From an uncultured Gammaproteobacteria bacterium (GTDB taxonomy: Bacteria > Pseudomonadota > Gammaproteobacteria > UBA9214), in NCBI GenBank assembly GCA_963748215.1, contig CAVVHS010000006.1, forward strand, positions 704,001 to 768,000: DNA of 64,000 nucleotides, written 5' to 3'. Shown here one piece after another: positions 51,627-61,570 of this stretch. A program made the position numbers and the translations under genes. The stretch's first letter is position 1. Each line of letters opens with the position of its first letter. The notes beneath the pieces are model-generated. The model was not told the DNA's origin. It searched no databases and was given only the letters and a program-made list of their open reading frames with translations.

Positions 51627-52323
51627 GGGGTAACACCTGCATCAGGTGTAACGTGCCCGCAGTTGATACGCCAGTCGATCGAGCCTTCAGTTTGCGAGCT
51701 ACCTGCTATCACACACTTCGGGCCACTAAACGCCCGGCAATCCTGTCACATCCCCGCTGTAATACCAATACGGAAGTCCAGATCCACGCCGCTGCCCAAT
51801 ACAGCGCCTGGTTTCATGCTTGGTGACAAACTCACACGCCCCCCTGTTCCATGAATGGCCGCGTACTGCAGAGGACAGCCACCGGCCTCATCGGGCCTCA
51901 ACCCGGCCCCGTAACGACAGGCAGTTTAAAACCCCGGGCGCAGGACAGGGAGGACCTGCAGGCAAGGGAAGACAGAAGCAGGATGTGTAGTTGGAAAGGC
52001 GCAGCGTAAGGGTTTAGGGGAGGCTGCGAAACAAACAGGGCACAGGCTGTCGCAACAGCGCTGGACTCAATAACAACACCGGGATTTAAATCCCGATTGA
52101 ATAATAACAGGGGAGATAACAATGAAACGTTCCAGATCCGGGCTGTTACCCAGTACCTTGCAGTACCTTGCCGTGTGGCCTGACTCCACTGGCCAGGTTC
52201 CCACTCGCCATACACGACACAGGGCAGTGCAACAGAACGGTTGCGTATAAATCCGGACACGACCCCGTCCCGGCACCCATCGGACTAATGCACATCGGTA
52301 GTACACATTAAGAGGATAACGGT

Positions 52324-54246
52324 ATGAAGAACATATATAAGATACTTGGCCTGACTGCCTTGTGCATGGGAGCGACAGCACCAGCAAACGCAGCCGTACT
52401 GACCAACGTCGGCGGCGAGGTCGAACGCATCATCGTCGACAATCCCACCGATCGCTGGTCACGCGGCACTATCGTGGTCAGCGGACGCAACATCATCATC
52501 CCGGCCAACATGGTCATCGACCTGCCGGCCAACCGCCTGACGCTGCAGGAACTGTTTGTCAATGCGCCTTCGGCCTGCGCCGCCGACGTCAACCCCGCCG
52601 ACGGCATCCCGGACGAGACCGGACTGGCCAAGGGCGACCGCTGTAACAAAAGCGGCACCGGCGCCGCGGTTACCATGCTGGGTAACAAGACCAATGCGGG
52701 CGACCTGATTGCCGGCGATGTCTTCCTGGAGAAAGCGGCGGAAATCGTGTCCGGTGTCGTGAACTTCGTCAACTACGACGAAGGTTATTTCCGCGTCAAC
52801 GGCATAGACGGCGACGACACCACTGGCGCCATGATCCGCGTCAATGATCCGGAAGGACGGCATACGCACCAGGTCGGTGCGGGCTGTGCCGGCAGCGGAC
52901 CGAACTGCAGCGCCGATACCCGCTACGGGGTGGACCCGGACAACTACACCTTCACCGCCAGCACCGGTTACCCGATGTGTATCCCCAGCACAGTGCCACG
53001 CGGTCCCTTCGACTTCGATGTGAACCGTAATGGCACCATTGAACCCGGTCTACCTGAAACTGGCATCACAGCCGTCGCCGCAGCCGGTGGCACGGGCGAT
53101 GCCCTGTGCCCTCAGACCAATCGGCCCGGGACTTTTGTACCTGGTGACTCACGGCTGTTTGCCCCCGTCAAGATCGGTGATCACCTGACGGCGGAAGGTA
53201 ACTTCGAGACCATCGGCGGCGTGACCTTCCTGTCGGCGCACACCGTGGGCATCAGTGTGGGCCTGTCCACCACCGCCGATCCCTTCCAGCCTGACTATAT
53301 GGTCTTCGATGAAGTCGGTTGGGATATTCCCGGCTTCCAGAACCAGCGCGTGCGCGACCTGCTGATTGCCTTCGGCAGCCTGGGAACGAGCCACATCGAT
53401 ATCTTTGGCCTGTACTACGACCCGGCGAACAACGCGGTCGAGGAACTGGTATTCGCTACCACCTTCGGCTGTGACGTGGCGGCCGGTGCAGGTACCTGCA
53501 CCGCCCAGGGCCTGGTGGGCAATCCCAACGTGTTCAAGATTGTGCATGACGTGGACTTCATCAATGGCGTACCGATTCAGGCCAGACGCTCCCCCTGTCA
53601 GCACCTGAATGCGGCCTATGCCAACGGCGGTATACCTATATTTAATCCCGATGGCACCACCACCTTTATCACCGCAGACCCCAAGGGCCGCTGCACGGGC
53701 GCCATCACCCTGGCGGATGAGTTTGAAGTCCTGAGCCCGCCATCGCGTGACCTCATCGGGCGCAGCCGTCACAAGCATGAGCTGCACCCCAGCGTTGTCA
53801 CGCTGGACTTCCACGGCACACCCTCGCAGAACGGCGAATACCTGAACCCGGTCGGGCTCGGTCATCCGGAGTTTGTCGAGATCAACCTGAACGCGCTGGA
53901 CACGGCCTACATCTTTGCCGGCGCACCCTGGAACCTGGACCGTCGTCTGGGACCGGGTGGCGGCTGCGACGGTGAGCCGAGCTGTGAAACGGCTATAGCA
54001 ATCGGCGATGCCAGCATGGTCCTGAATCCGTTCCCGTTCTCCGATCTGGATCCGGGTACCCAGGCGGGCCCACCAGGACTTGGTGGGGTACCGATCGTGA
54101 CGCCGCTGCATAACACGCAACGCGGACGCACCCTGTCGTACTGGCCACTGGCTGGCGAGGAATTGCCCTGGCCGCCGACCGATCCGGTCGCCCAGGGCAT
54201 CGTGCCCACCGACCATGTCACTAATCTTCTGTGCACAGCACCGTAG
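52324..54246 (+). CDS. Secreted Cys-containing hypothetical protein, family A copy 1 (no dockerin)
   Basis: RBS GAGGA, signal peptide, GGEVERIIVDNP.DRWSRG core shared with the next two genes. Confidence 0.85.
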   Translation: MKNIYKILGLTALCMGATAPANAAVLTNVGGEVERIIVDNPTDRWSRGTIVVSGRNIIIPANMVIDLPANRLTLQELFVNAPSACAADVNPADGIPDETGLAKGDRCNKSGTGAAVTMLGNKTNAGDLIAGDVFLEKAAEIVSGVVNFVNYDEGYFRVNGIDGDDTTGAMIRVNDPEGRHTHQVGAGCAGSGPNCSADTRYGVDPDNYTFTASTGYPMCIPSTVPRGPFDFDVNRNGTIEPGLPETGITAVAAAGGTGDALCPQTNRPGTFVPGDSRLFAPVKIGDHLTAEGNFETIGGVTFLSAHTVGISVGLSTTADPFQPDYMVFDEVGWDIPGFQNQRVRDLLIAFGSLGTSHIDIFGLYYDPANNAVEELVFATTFGCDVAAGAGTCTAQGLVGNPNVFKIVHDVDFINGVPIQARRSPCQHLNAAYANGGIPIFNPDGTTTFITADPKGRCTGAITLADEFEVLSPPSRDLIGRSRHKHELHPSVVTLDFHGTPSQNGEYLNPVGLGHPEFVEINLNALDTAYIFAGAPWNLDRRLGPGGGCDGEPSCETAIAIGDASMVLNPFPFSDLDPGTQAGPPGLGGVPIVTPLHNTQRGRTLSYWPLAGEELPWPPTDPVAQGIVPTDHVTNLLCTAP

Positions 54247-54257
54247 TGGAGAAAATC

Positions 54258-56519
54258 ATGAAAACTATAGACAAGATAAAAGCCAATACGTGTGTATCCG
54301 GATTACCGGAGTTACCCGTGTTCAGGAAGACAGCGGTTGGTGCTGCGATACTCGGTGCACTGATCATGATGACGCACAGTTCCATAGCATCAGCAGCGGT
54401 GAGTATCCCTATCGGTGGTGAAGTCGAACGCATCATCGTCGATAATCCCACCGACCGCTGGTCGCGTGGCACCATGGTGGTGGGTGGCGCCAATGTCATC
54501 ATTCCGGCCAATATGGTCATCGACCTGCCGGCCAATCGGCTGACGCTGCAGGAATTATTCGTCAATGCCCCTTCGGCCTGCGCCGCCATCGACGCCAATG
54601 GCGACAGCATTCCGGATCAGACCGGTCTGGCCAAGGCCGACAGCTGCAACGGCAGCTTTACCGGGGCCACGGTGACGATGCTCGCCAATCGCACCAATAA
54701 CGGTGACCTCGTCGCGGGTGAGATAATGCTCGAGAAGGCCACCGAGCTCGTCAGTGGCATCGTGACCTTCATCAATTACAATGATGGCTACTTCCGCGTC
54801 GACGGCATCCCGGGTGATGACACCACGGGTGCGATGGTACGTGTCAACGACCCGGAAGGGCGTTTTACGCACCAGGCTGGCGCGGGCTGTGCGGGCAGCG
54901 GACCGAACTGCAGCGCCGATACGCGCTACGGAGTGGATCCGGACAACTACACCTTCACCGCCAGCACCGGCTACCCGATGTGTATCCCCAGCACAGTGCC
55001 ACGCGGTCCCTTCGACTTTGACATCAATCGCGATGGTGACACGGCCGACGCCGGTGAAACCGGTATCGTGGCAGTGGCCACAGGTACGGGTACGGGCGAT
55101 GCCCTGTGTCCCACGGGCAACCGGGGCGTCGATCCGGTTGGCGATTCGAGACTGTTCGCTCCGATCCAGCTGAACGATCATGTCAATGCAGATGGCAACT
55201 TCGAAACCATCGACGGCGTGACCTTCCTGTCGGCGCACACCGTGGGTGTCAGCGTGGGTCTGACCACGGATGACACGGCCTTCCAGCCGGACTACATGAT
55301 CTTTGATGAAGTGGGTTGGGACATACCGGGTTTCCAGAACCAGCGCGTCCGCGACCTGCTGATCGCCTTCGGCACACTGGGAACAACCCAGATCGATGTC
55401 TTTGGTCTCTATTACGACCCGGCGAACAACGCCGTCGAGGAACTGGTGTTTGCCACCACCTTCGGTTGTGAAGTGGCGGCCGGTGCGGGTACCTGCACCA
55501 ACCAGGGCATTGTCGGCAACACCGCGGTGTACAAGATCGTGCACGATGTGGACTTCATCAATGGCGTACCGATTGGTGCGCGTCAGTCTCCCTGCGCGCA
55601 TCTGAATGCGGCCTATACCAACGGCGGTATCCCGGATGTCAACGGCACCTTCGTAACCGTTGATCCCAAGGGTCGCTGTACGGGCGCCATTACCCTGGCG
55701 GATGAGTTTGAAGTCCTGAGCCCGCCATCGCGTGACCTCATCGGACGCAGCCGCCACAAGCATGCGCTGGATCCGAGCGTGGTCACGCTGGACTTCCACG
55801 CACAGCCCTCGCAGAACGGTGAATATCTGAACCCGGTCGGGCTCGGTCATCCGGAGTTTGTCGAGATCAACCTGAACGCGCTGCAGACACCGTACATCTT
55901 CTCAGGCGCGCCCTGGAACCTGGACCGTCGTCTGGGACCGGGTGGCGGCTGCGACGGTGAGACGAGCTGTGAAACGGCTATCGCAATCGGCGATGCCAGC
56001 ATGGTCCTGAATCCGTTCCCGTTCTCCGATCTGGATCCGGGCACCCAGGCAGGTCCTGCAGGAATTGGCGGGGTACCGATTGTAACGCCGCTGCATAACA
56101 CGCAACGCGGACGGACCCTGTCGTACTGGCCATTGGCTGGCGAGGAATTGCCCTGGCCACCTACCGACCCGGCCGCGCAGGGCATTACACCGACCCAGCA
56201 TGCCGGCCTGATCTGCACGCTGCTCAGCGGCATCGATACGGACAGTGATACCGTGGACGATGCCATCGACAACTGCACACTGGTTGCCAACGCCGACCAG
56301 CGTGATACCAACGGCGATGGTTTCGGCAATGTCTGCGATGCGGACTTTAACAACAATGGCATCGTGGACCCGACCGATTTCACATCCATCAAGGCTGCAA
56401 TAGGCACGGTCAACCCGGATCGTGACCTGAATGGCAACGGTATTGTGGATCCAACCGATTTCACCTTTACCAAGGCCCATATCGGGCAGGCTCCGGGTCC
56501 CTCGGGACTCAACCCGTAG
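54258..56519 (+). CDS. Family A copy 2 with TSP3-dockerin-like tail
   Basis: RBS GGAG before ATG 54258; paralogous core; duplicated EF-hand tail ending PGPSGLNP. Confidence 0.85.
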   Translation: MKTIDKIKANTCVSGLPELPVFRKTAVGAAILGALIMMTHSSIASAAVSIPIGGEVERIIVDNPTDRWSRGTMVVGGANVIIPANMVIDLPANRLTLQELFVNAPSACAAIDANGDSIPDQTGLAKADSCNGSFTGATVTMLANRTNNGDLVAGEIMLEKATELVSGIVTFINYNDGYFRVDGIPGDDTTGAMVRVNDPEGRFTHQAGAGCAGSGPNCSADTRYGVDPDNYTFTASTGYPMCIPSTVPRGPFDFDINRDGDTADAGETGIVAVATGTGTGDALCPTGNRGVDPVGDSRLFAPIQLNDHVNADGNFETIDGVTFLSAHTVGVSVGLTTDDTAFQPDYMIFDEVGWDIPGFQNQRVRDLLIAFGTLGTTQIDVFGLYYDPANNAVEELVFATTFGCEVAAGAGTCTNQGIVGNTAVYKIVHDVDFINGVPIGARQSPCAHLNAAYTNGGIPDVNGTFVTVDPKGRCTGAITLADEFEVLSPPSRDLIGRSRHKHALDPSVVTLDFHAQPSQNGEYLNPVGLGHPEFVEINLNALQTPYIFSGAPWNLDRRLGPGGGCDGETSCETAIAIGDASMVLNPFPFSDLDPGTQAGPAGIGGVPIVTPLHNTQRGRTLSYWPLAGEELPWPPTDPAAQGITPTQHAGLICTLLSGIDTDSDTVDDAIDNCTLVANADQRDTNGDGFGNVCDADFNNNGIVDPTDFTSIKAAIGTVNPDRDLNGNGIVDPTDFTFTKAHIGQAPGPSGLNP

Positions 56520-56778
56520 CCGCGGTCAGACAGCACAGGTGCAGGTCGATGGTGGAGATTGATCCATCGACCTGCACCATCCGATGGGGAACAACACCCG
56601 GCGATCCAGAAACAGCCTGACCGGGAGAGACAAGACCCAAAACACACTTTTTTGTGCCTGATAGCCACTCTCTTTCGTCATCTCATTGCCTTATGTGACT
56701 CCACCGCAGCCCGGTGAGAAATACGCGCTGGTATTCCATCGACGTCAACCCCGAACGCGACACACCGTTGGCGCTGCC

Positions 56779-58945
56779 ATGCTCAGCATACTGATGCTAG
56801 CGGCCTACAGTGGCTAGACATAGGCTGCGATGCAGAACAACCTCGGCGGTGAAGTCGAACGCATTATTGTCGACAACCCGCTCGATCGCTGGTCGCGCGG
56901 CACCATCGTGGTATCCGGCCAGAACATCATCGTTCCACGTAACTTTGTGATTGATCTGCCTGCCAACCGCCAGACCATTCAGGAACTGTTCACCAACAGG
57001 CCGTCGGCCTGCCCGCCCGGCGAGACCGGGCTGGCCAAGGCCGACAGCTGCAACCACAGCTTTACCGGCGCCACAGCGACTATCCTGGCCAACAAGACCA
57101 ATAATGGTGATGTCATCGCCGGTGAAATCATGCTCGAAAAGGCCACTGAGCTGGTCAGCGGTATTGTGTCGTTCATCAATTACGATGACGGCTACTTCCG
57201 TGTCGACGGCATCGTCGGCGATGACACAACTGGCGCAATGGTGCGCGTGAATGACCCGGAAGGGCGTTTCACCCACCAGCAGGGCGCGGGCTGTCTCGGC
57301 AGCGGGCCGAACTGCAGTGCCGACGTGCGCTACGGCGTGGACCCGGATAACTATACATTCACGGCTGCCACCGGCTACCCGATGTGTATCCCGAGCACGG
57401 TGGCGCGCGGTCCGTTTGACTTCGACACCAACCGCAACGGCGTGATTGATGCTGGAGAATCTGGCCTCACGGCACAGGCCGCAGCAAACGGCACGGGCGA
57501 TATACTGTGTCCACAGACCAACCGCGGCGTCGACCCTGTCGGCGATTCGCGGCTGTTCGCGCCGATCCAGGTGGGTGACCACGTCAACGCCGAGGGTAAC
57601 TTCGAATCCATCGACGGCGTGACCTTCCTGTCGTCGCATACCGTGGGCGTCAGCGTGGGTCTGACCACGGATGACACCGCCTTCCAGCCCGACTACATGA
57701 TCTTCGACGAAGTCGGCTGGGACGTGCCGGGTTTCCAGAACCAGCGCGTGCGCGACCTGTTCATCTCATTCGGCACCCTGGGCACAACCAGCATTGACAT
57801 CTTCGGGCTTTATTACGACCCGGCGAACAACGCCGTCGAAGAACTGGTCATCGCGACCACAGCCGGTTGTGAAATAGCGGCCGGTGCGGGAACCTGTAGC
57901 AACGTGGCCCTGGTCGGCAACACTGCGGTGTTCAAGATCGTGCACGACGTGGACTTTCTCGCCGGCACGGATCCCAGACGTTCTCCCTGTGCGCATCTGC
58001 AGGCGGCCTACGCCAACGGCGGTATTCCACAGGCCGACCACTCAATCGATCTCGCGGATCCCAAGGGCCGTTGCCGACACCATTTGCCGGGACCGGTGTC
58101 ACGGCCCAGGAGTTCGAAGTGCTGAGCCCGCCGACGCGCGACATCATCGGCCGCAGCCGGCACAAGCATGCACTCGATCCGAGCGTGGTCACACTGGATT
58201 TCCACGCTACACCTGCGCAGAACGGTGAGTACCTGAACCCTACCGGCATCGGTCACCCGGAATTCGTCGAGATTAACCTGGCAGCGTTGCAGACGCCGTT
58301 AATTTTACCGGCGAACCGTGGAACATGGACCGGCGACTGGGACCGGGTGGCGGTTGTGACGGTGAGCCGGAATGCGAGACCGATATTTCTGTCGCTACCG
58401 GGATTCCCATAGGCGATCCGAGCATGAACCTGGACCCGTTCCCGTTCTCCGACCTGGATCCGGGAACCCAGAACAATGCGGCTGCCGCTCCTACTCCGGT
58501 AGTATCGCGGCTGGGTCATACCACGCAGCGTGGACGCACCCTGTCTCACTGGCCGCTCTTAGGTCAGGAAATGGCCTGGCCACCGGCCGATCCAGCGGCG
58601 CAGGGCATTACAGCGACCCAGCACGTCAACCTCCAGTGTGCACTGCTCAGCGGCATCGATTCGGACGGGGATACCATCGACGATGCCATCGACAACTGCA
58701 CCCTGGTTGCCAATCCGAACCAGCGTGATACCAACGGCGATGGGTTCGGCAACATGTGCGATGCGGATTTCAACAACAACGGTTTGGTTGATCCGAGTGA
58801 CTTCTCGTTAATCAAGTCGTTGTTTGGCTCCACCACATCACCGGACCAGGATCTGAACGGCAACGGCATCGTGGATCCAAGCGATTTCTCCAAAGAGAAA
58901 TCACTCTTTGCAACCCAACCGGGCCCCTCGGCACTAGCCCCGTAG
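56779..58945 (+). pseudogene. Family A copy 3 with dockerin-like tail, disrupted
   Basis: In-frame TAG stops at 56815 and 56821 in the signal peptide, plus frameshifts at ~58074 and ~58303. The pieces are collinear with copy 2. Confidence 0.8.
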
Positions 58946-59092
58946 GGGGATGCCGGACAGTGCTGGTGCAGGTTGCGTCATCAACCTGCACCAGCGATGG
59001 GGAGGCAGGTGAAATCCTGATAAAGGAAAGTCAGTACCGGGCAGCACCAGGGATGGAAGCTGCAGTAGAAACATAACGTAAAGAGGTTGCTT

Positions 59093-60187
59093 ATGCGTGG
59101 TATCCGTTTCATCGCAGGCTTCCGGGGTACCACCGCCGCCGGTCTCCTGCTCTTCACCACACTGTCACTGCTGGCTGCCAGTCCCGCCAGCGCGGCGAAG
59201 CGCGGTGCAGAGTACTTCACCAATACCCCCCTTATCAATCAGGATGGCGAGACGCTGCGCTTCTACGATGACGTCATCAAGGGCAAGGTCGTGTCCATCA
59301 ATTTCATGTTCACCAGCTGTGGCGACTCCTGCCCGCTGGAGACAGCCAAGCTGCGCAAGGTCCAGGAGCTGCTCGGTGAGCACGCCGGCAAAGACGTCTA
59401 CATGTATTCCATCACCGTCGATCCGGAACGCGACAACGCGGCGGCACTCAAGGCCTACATGCAGAAATTCAACGTTGGCCCTGGCTGGCAGTTCCTGACG
59501 GGAAAGAAAGCAGACATCGATCTGATCCGCAAGAAGCTCGGCATGTACACTGAAGGCGAGGATGAACTCAGCGATCACAAAGTCAACTTCGTCGTGGGCA
59601 ATGAGGCGACCGGCCAGTGGTTACGGCGCACGCCGTTTGATTTACCCGAGACACTGAGTTCGGTACTGCTTGGCCGCCTGCAACCGCACCGCCTGGCGTC
59701 GTCAGCGGCCGCAGCGCTACCGAGTTACGCCCGGAGCCATGCCATGCCAGCTGCCCGCCCGGGCGAGGATCTGTTCAATACGCGTTGCACGGCCTGTCAC
59801 ACCATCGGCCAGGGCGACAAACTGGGTCCGGACCTGCTGGGGGTCTTCGCTAAACGGGACCGTCAATGGCTGATCCGCTGGCTGCGGGAACCCGACGTGA
59901 TGCTCAAGGAAAAAGACCCCCTGGCAACAGCACTCTACACCCGGTACAACAATGTACCGATGCCGAACGTGAAGCTGGCCGAAAGGCAGGTGCTGAACCT
60001 GATCGCGTACCTGCAGGCGGAGACCGGGCGCGTGCACGCACTAAACGGGGGTACGCCCGCGCAGACAGACAACCTGGAAAGCATCGTAACGACAGAACCG
60101 GCGGCCGATACAGGCGGGACAACACCCGCGAACAACCCCGCTGCGCAGGCGCGGGCAGGTGCCGCACCGGGCACCGCGGTAGATTAA
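59093..60187 (+). CDS. SCO1/SenC-cytochrome c fusion, copy 2
   Basis: FTSCGDSCP, SDHK, CTACH; highly similar to 46955-48052. Confidence 0.9.
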   Translation: MRGIRFIAGFRGTTAAGLLLFTTLSLLAASPASAAKRGAEYFTNTPLINQDGETLRFYDDVIKGKVVSINFMFTSCGDSCPLETAKLRKVQELLGEHAGKDVYMYSITVDPERDNAAALKAYMQKFNVGPGWQFLTGKKADIDLIRKKLGMYTEGEDELSDHKVNFVVGNEATGQWLRRTPFDLPETLSSVLLGRLQPHRLASSAAAALPSYARSHAMPAARPGEDLFNTRCTACHTIGQGDKLGPDLLGVFAKRDRQWLIRWLREPDVMLKEKDPLATALYTRYNNVPMPNVKLAERQVLNLIAYLQAETGRVHALNGGTPAQTDNLESIVTTEPAADTGGTTPANNPAAQARAGAAPGTAVD

Positions 60188-60214
60188 TCAAGTAAGTAAT
60201 TAAGGTTAAGAATA

Positions 60215-60982
60215 ATGAACTGCACAAACACCATGCGAGCCCGTGTACCCGCTATCGCAATGCTCATTTCCCTGCTCCTGCTGAAATCCGGCGCCGCCGG
60301 AGCAATCAGCGTTGGCCAGATCGATACTTTTGAGGACGGCACGCTGCAGGGCTGGCAGATGGGCGTATCCACGGTCACGACGAGCCATATGACAAACATC
60401 GCTGCAGGCGGACCCGCCGGGGCCGGCGACAATTTCCTGCAGGTGGTCGCAGACGGAGCAAATGTTCAGGGCGGAAGGCTGACCTTCTTCAACCGGCTGC
60501 AGTGGACGGGTGATTACACCGCGGCGGGAGTCACCGCGATCGCCATGGACCTGAAAAATATCAGCTCCAGCGAAGTACTGAATCTGCGGCTGGCGATCAA
60601 TGGCGGTACTATCGGCGGGGTGTTTGCCACCGCTGCCAGCCTGAGCCTGGACAGCGGCAGTGGCTGGGCACGGGTCGTGTTTTCAATGCGGCCCGGCGAT
60701 CTTGTCCCCGTCAGTGGCGGCATTGGCGGTAACACCGATGGCATCGATGTCCAGGCAGCGCTGGCCAATGTGCTGGAACTGCGGCTGTTGAACAGCGCAA
60801 CCCCCGATTGGAACGGGCTGCCGGTCACCGCCACCCTCGGTATAGACAACATCCAGGTGGTACCCCTACCACCGGCTTTTGTACTGTTCGGTTCGGGACT
60901 CCTTGCGCTGTGGACGCAGCGGCGCAGACAAGTGCGGCGCACCGACTTCCGCCTGGATCAAAGGGGCTGCATTACCCGGTAA
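60215..60982 (+). CDS. PEP-CTERM surface protein, family C, second intact copy
   Basis: ISVGQIDTFEDGTLQGW...; VPLPPAFVLFGSGLLALWTQRRR. Confidence 0.85.
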   Translation: MNCTNTMRARVPAIAMLISLLLLKSGAAGAISVGQIDTFEDGTLQGWQMGVSTVTTSHMTNIAAGGPAGAGDNFLQVVADGANVQGGRLTFFNRLQWTGDYTAAGVTAIAMDLKNISSSEVLNLRLAINGGTIGGVFATAASLSLDSGSGWARVVFSMRPGDLVPVSGGIGGNTDGIDVQAALANVLELRLLNSATPDWNGLPVTATLGIDNIQVVPLPPAFVLFGSGLLALWTQRRRQVRRTDFRLDQRGCITR

Positions 60983-61213
60983 AATCCACATAGATTTCCT
61001 GTAAAATTGTCGTAATTTCTTACGCTTTACGCGTTTACGCCGCGCTTTTACCAATCCATTGTAATTATTGATAATTACCAAGGAATGGCTTCGATCGCTG
61101 TTCTTTCCGGTGTCCGTATTCCTTACGGTCGGACCGCGCCCGTGACTCGCCTACACCATCGTCAATATCCCATGCTACTGATTCTTATGCTTTCTTAAGC
61201 ATTCTTAAGTTTC

Positions 61214-61229
61214 TGGCTCAATACTTGCC
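61214..61229 (+). promoter_or_regulatory. Sigma-54 promoter upstream of the MnxG-like gene
   Basis: TGGCTCAATACTTGCC fits GG-N10-GC. Confidence 0.65.
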
Positions 61230-61570
61230 TAAAATCTAGCAAGTCGCTACCAAACTGCCGGTCATCAAGCACCCGCAGCTGGAGCAGTCAACATCACAAC
61301 GACCCAGACGACGGGCAGAAATTGAGTAACGTCGCAAACCTAGGGGGAGATGACGATGCGAAACGCTGCATCGAGGAAGCAGTATTACTGCCTTCGCAAC
61401 GGCACCCTGTTAGGACTGGCTCGTCCAGCCGACCGGCTGACCCGATTACCGACCGGCACACGCAACGATTTTTTCACTTCGATAGCGCTTCACGGTTGCA
61501 CGCTGACCCGGATTCCATACCCAAACCCCCGATTCACACGACACCTCGAGTTATGCGAGGAGGACAACCC

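Noticed and set aside
56815-56823. Two in-frame TAG codons, plausibly from CAG, suggesting amber recoding
   Set aside because: TAG is the normal stop of many intact genes here, and the same gene has frameshifts. Pseudogenisation is the simpler explanation.
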